Shown here: one piece after another, positions 60,924 through 64,000 of the stretch
How the letters are laid out: the number at the start of each line of letters is the position of its first letter
How positions within the stretch are numbered: position 1 is the first letter of the stretch
NCBI GenBank assembly: GCA_010015585.1
Contig: ML975149.1
Source: Eremomyces bilateralis CBS 781.70
Lineage: Eukaryota
Reading direction: 5' to 3' (one strand)
Length of the DNA: 64,000 nucleotides
Notes under the pieces: model-generated
Told to the model about the DNA's origin: nothing
The model's database searches: none
What the model saw: only the letters and a program-made list of their open reading frames with translations
Position numbers and translations under genes: made by a program

Positions 60924-62513
60924 TCAATCCCGACTTAACAAATCCATCACGCTCATCCCTACCCGATTCCTCCTCCCAACTACCTCACGCCGCCCCGTCT
61001 TCTCTTCCCCCTCCCTCCCTCCCCTCTCCTCCCCCCACCCCCTTCGATCCACATTCAACATCATCAACGCCGTCATCACCTCCACATCCTCCCTCGTGCT
61101 CCCCTCACTCCCTCCTCCACCCCCATCATCTCTCCCCGCCATCGCCGACCGCCCAAGCGAGAAATCAGGGGCCGTGATGGTGGGGTTGAACGAGTAGGAG
61201 AGGATAGAGTCGTGGCGGAGAGAGGGGTGCAGGGATGGGGAGGTGGCGGTGGATGGGGGGATGTGAGGGGATGAGAGGGTAGACGACGTGGGTTGGAGGG
61301 CGCGTGGGGAGATTAGAGGGGGGAAGTTCGGGGAGACAGAAGCGATCGAGGAAGCCTCTGTGCTGCTGGGTTGCTGGAGAGTGTATTCTCGTAGATCGGC
61401 GAGATTGGTCGGCGTGGGTGGAGATACATCGGACATGGCTAGGTCGCCGTCTAGGTCGCTGTGCGGTCCGTACGGTGAGAGGTCCTCGGGTGTTGCATCC
61501 GCGTGGTTTTGCACTTGCGGGAAGATGATCGGAGTGTTGCTCGCGGACGGATGAGCGGATCCAGCAACTGATCCAGACTGGCGATGGACGGTAGCAGGTC
61601 GCGATGCGACAAAATTCGAGGCGCTGGATCGTCTGGAGCGTTCGTTGACGCCGTTCAGATCGCCGACGCATTTCTCCAGGTACCGCATATACTCAATCGC
61701 AGCCTAGATAAGCCAGTCAACCCCCCCTCCCCCATCTGATCGCAAAACGGTAAGATCTCTCGCCAAACTCACCTGCAAAATCGCCAACTTATGCATCTCC
61801 TGCCCCGCGCATGCCGGAATCATCCCCTTCAACACTCCGAACTCCTCATTGATCTTACTCCGCCGCCGCCGCTCAATCAAACTATGCGCTGTCTTCCGCG
61901 CCGTCTTCCGCCCCGCCGCCGTACTCGCCCCACCCGCACTCTTCCGCCCTTTCCCGCCCCCATCCACCCTGCTCGGTCCCGTCGGCACAGAAGCTGGTGC
62001 TCCACCACTCGTGGCTCCGCTCCCGACACCGACATCCCCGCCAGCACTCCCCGTCTCCTTTGGCTCCATTTGGATGATCCTCCGTGCCCTCGTCGGTGGT
62101 GGCGGGAGCCGGTAGGCTTTGTCCGCCCGTCCCGCGTCCTCGGCATCATCGTCGTCCACTTTCGTCGCTTCGTTCGTGCGACCCCGCTGGTTGTGGCCCC
62201 CCTTCGTGGCGCGTCCGCTGGTCGCGGTGCTTGGGCGTTTCTTGCCATTGCTGGGTGATGTGCTGGTACCGCTCGGTGGTATCGGTGGTTGCGGCTCTGT
62301 TGATATGGGGAAGGGTTCTTGTTCGTGGAGGGTGGTCGCGTGGATCGGCAACGTGAGGCTGAGTGGTCGACATGCGCTGGATGTGCTGGTGGTAGAGGGG
62401 GGGAGGGCGGCAGGAGGAAGGGCGAAGGGGTCGAGGGAGGTGAGGGAGCCGCGCTTGGAGGCGGGGATGTCGGTGGAAGGCTGGGGGGTGGGGAGGGAGG
62501 TGGGAGGGGACAT
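60924..62513 (-). CDS. bHLH transcription factor (H-E-R, CACGTG-binding class); 2 exons
   Basis: RKTAHSLIERRRRSKINEEFGVLKGMIPAC..MHKLAILQ / AAIEYMRYLEKCV across intron 61772-61704; C-terminal ALMMLNVDRR..GMSVMDLL. Start placed at MSPPTS (uncertain). Confidence 0.88.
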
Positions 62514-63854
62514 GGTGGGAGACAGGATAGATCTTGGAAATCTATATAGACGAGGATGTGCGATGTTCAGCGTGGGTTGGGAAGTCGTGGAAGGAGGGGA
62601 GTTTGTCTCGCGATGAGGTGGATGTTCGAAGAATGGGGTAGAGATTGGACTCGGCTGGCGCCCTGATCGGCGTGTCGAGGTCGTTATAATGAGTAGAAGG
62701 ATCTCAGTCTCATGCACCAAATTCAATTCGGATCATCTGGTTTCGATGTAGATCGAGAGACAAGTAGCAAGTGTAGATGGTATACGGATAGCACCGCAGC
62801 TTCCTATTCAATGAACAATGGACTTGAATGGATAAAAGATGCACTCAAGGTGCTGTGGGATTTGGTCGAGTGGACTGTGGAGGTGCCAGGGAGCGAAGTC
62901 TGCGAACACGACCGTAGTGCACACAATAGCACCAACTTGACTCCAACTAAATCAGACAAGAGAACAAGTAGAGGTACAGAATGAAAAGGACTAGGCCAGC
63001 TCTTTTACTCTGTTCTGCGATGGTAGGCAAGTATATCCACCCCGCGATCATCTAAACCTCAAATGCCTCACCGATCGAACGCAGTACAGCCTGTCCGATT
63101 TGCGTCTCCAATTCCTCAACAGCCTCAACAGCAGCCAGCGAAGCCATCCCAAGGATTCCTGTCTCCGAACCCCCCTCCTCTTGCAAATACAACTGTGCCA
63201 TACGTTTCCAGGATTGCGTCGACGACACAGTGTCGTCCGTTCCGTCCATGCGCAGGAGGCACGCGACAGCATTGGCCGGTCCCATTGGTGCGTCTGCAAT
63301 TGAGCACGCGTTCAAGATCTGGGTGCGGATTGGATGGATGGATTGGGGGTCCAATTTGTGTGAAGGCGGCGGGTTCACTGCAGGGTTGAGATTTTAGAGG
63401 ATCCTGGGGATTGGTCACGTGGAGACGCGTTTTATTAGGTACCGAGGTTCGGTTGACGTGACGTGACGCGTTCTTTGAACACGATCTCTTCCATCTCAAC
63501 CCTTTCTGTTCTCAACCATCCCATTGTCTCTACTGTTGTGTAACTCTTTATGACTGGACTTAATGCCTCGTGAGTCATCAGCCGTCTTAGTAGCACTTCC
63601 AAAGCGGATAGGTCGATTGGTTACTGACAGCCAGCTGCCTGATTGGTGTAACAGGCAATGTGAAAGCTGCTGGTTTGGTTACTGCGTAGCTCAACTAATA
63701 TATGAATTTCTGTTTTTCTCCCTTTAGTCACATCAGTTCTGCTTCTATGGTTTAACATTTCTCAACATCAGAAAGACATCTCTAAAGAATCCCTACCATT
63801 GCCAACTTGAACCACTGTTTGCACTGTGTTGTTGATGCGAGCCGGAGTGACGAT

Positions 63855-64000
63855 ATGGACAACAATCAACCCGACGCATTTGATCTTCTCCAAGTAGTCT
63901 CCACGGCGCTTCGTCGCCATGCCTCGAAAGATGTCTTCGCGATCGGCGGCAAGATCGATGTCGAGACTCTCCAAACTACGAGCTCGGTCAATCAAGGCCC
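63855..64000 (+). CDS. 5' end of a gene running off the window, possibly 2OG-Fe(II) oxygenase-like
   Basis: ATG at 63855 opens MDNNQPDAFDLLQVVSTALRRHASKDVFAIGGKID with no stop to the edge. FAIGGKI resembles the FACGG motif of a fungal 2OG-oxygenase family. Confidence 0.35.
   Translation, partial: MDNNQPDAFDLLQVVSTALRRHASKDVFAIGGKIDVETLQTTSSVNQG

Noticed and set aside
63768..63995. 75-aa minus-strand ORF at the window end
   Set aside because: The plus-strand frame from ATG 63855 looks more protein-like; this is probably its shadow.
1..64000. Transposons, tRNA/rRNA genes and RIP-degraded AT-rich blocks
   Set aside because: No transposase, RT or integrase motifs, terminal repeats, cloverleafs or strongly TpA-rich tracts were seen by eye. 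Small elements could be missed without RepeatMasker or tRNAscan-SE.

Overview
This is eukaryotic DNA from a filamentous ascomycete (Pezizomycotina-like): short GT..CTRAY..YAG spliceosomal introns, Zn2Cys6 transcription factors, an AA9 LPMO and a PTH11-like protein. I can support about 22 intact or probably intact genes and several pseudogenes. (1) 1.8-9.3 kb: a PTH11-like membrane protein, then an 8-exon AA9 LPMO divergent from a C2H2+Zn2Cys6 transcription factor. (2) 15.9-28.4 kb: a decaying secondary-metabolite cluster. It contains a collapsed non-reducing PKS fused back-to-back with an SDR relic, an MFS transporter with a nonsense codon and internal deletion, and a Zn2Cys6 regulator with a doubtful start. 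A thioesterase and an NmrA/EasG-like reductase remain intact. (3) 29-63 kb: mostly housekeeping genes (RPL6, RPN13, EMP24, UTP4, PNG1, a CSC1/TMEM63-like gene, SAM37, OPI10/Hikeshi, WDR6/TRM734, a bHLH factor). Other notable signals are a secreted-type esterase lacking its catalytic Ser and ending in RDEL, an RPN13 intron whose retention would give a PRU-only isoform, and a repeated exon-scale C-rich to G-rich skew switch. No rRNA, tRNA, CRISPR array or recognisable transposon was seen. All gene models and family calls were made by eye from motifs; no database search was run.
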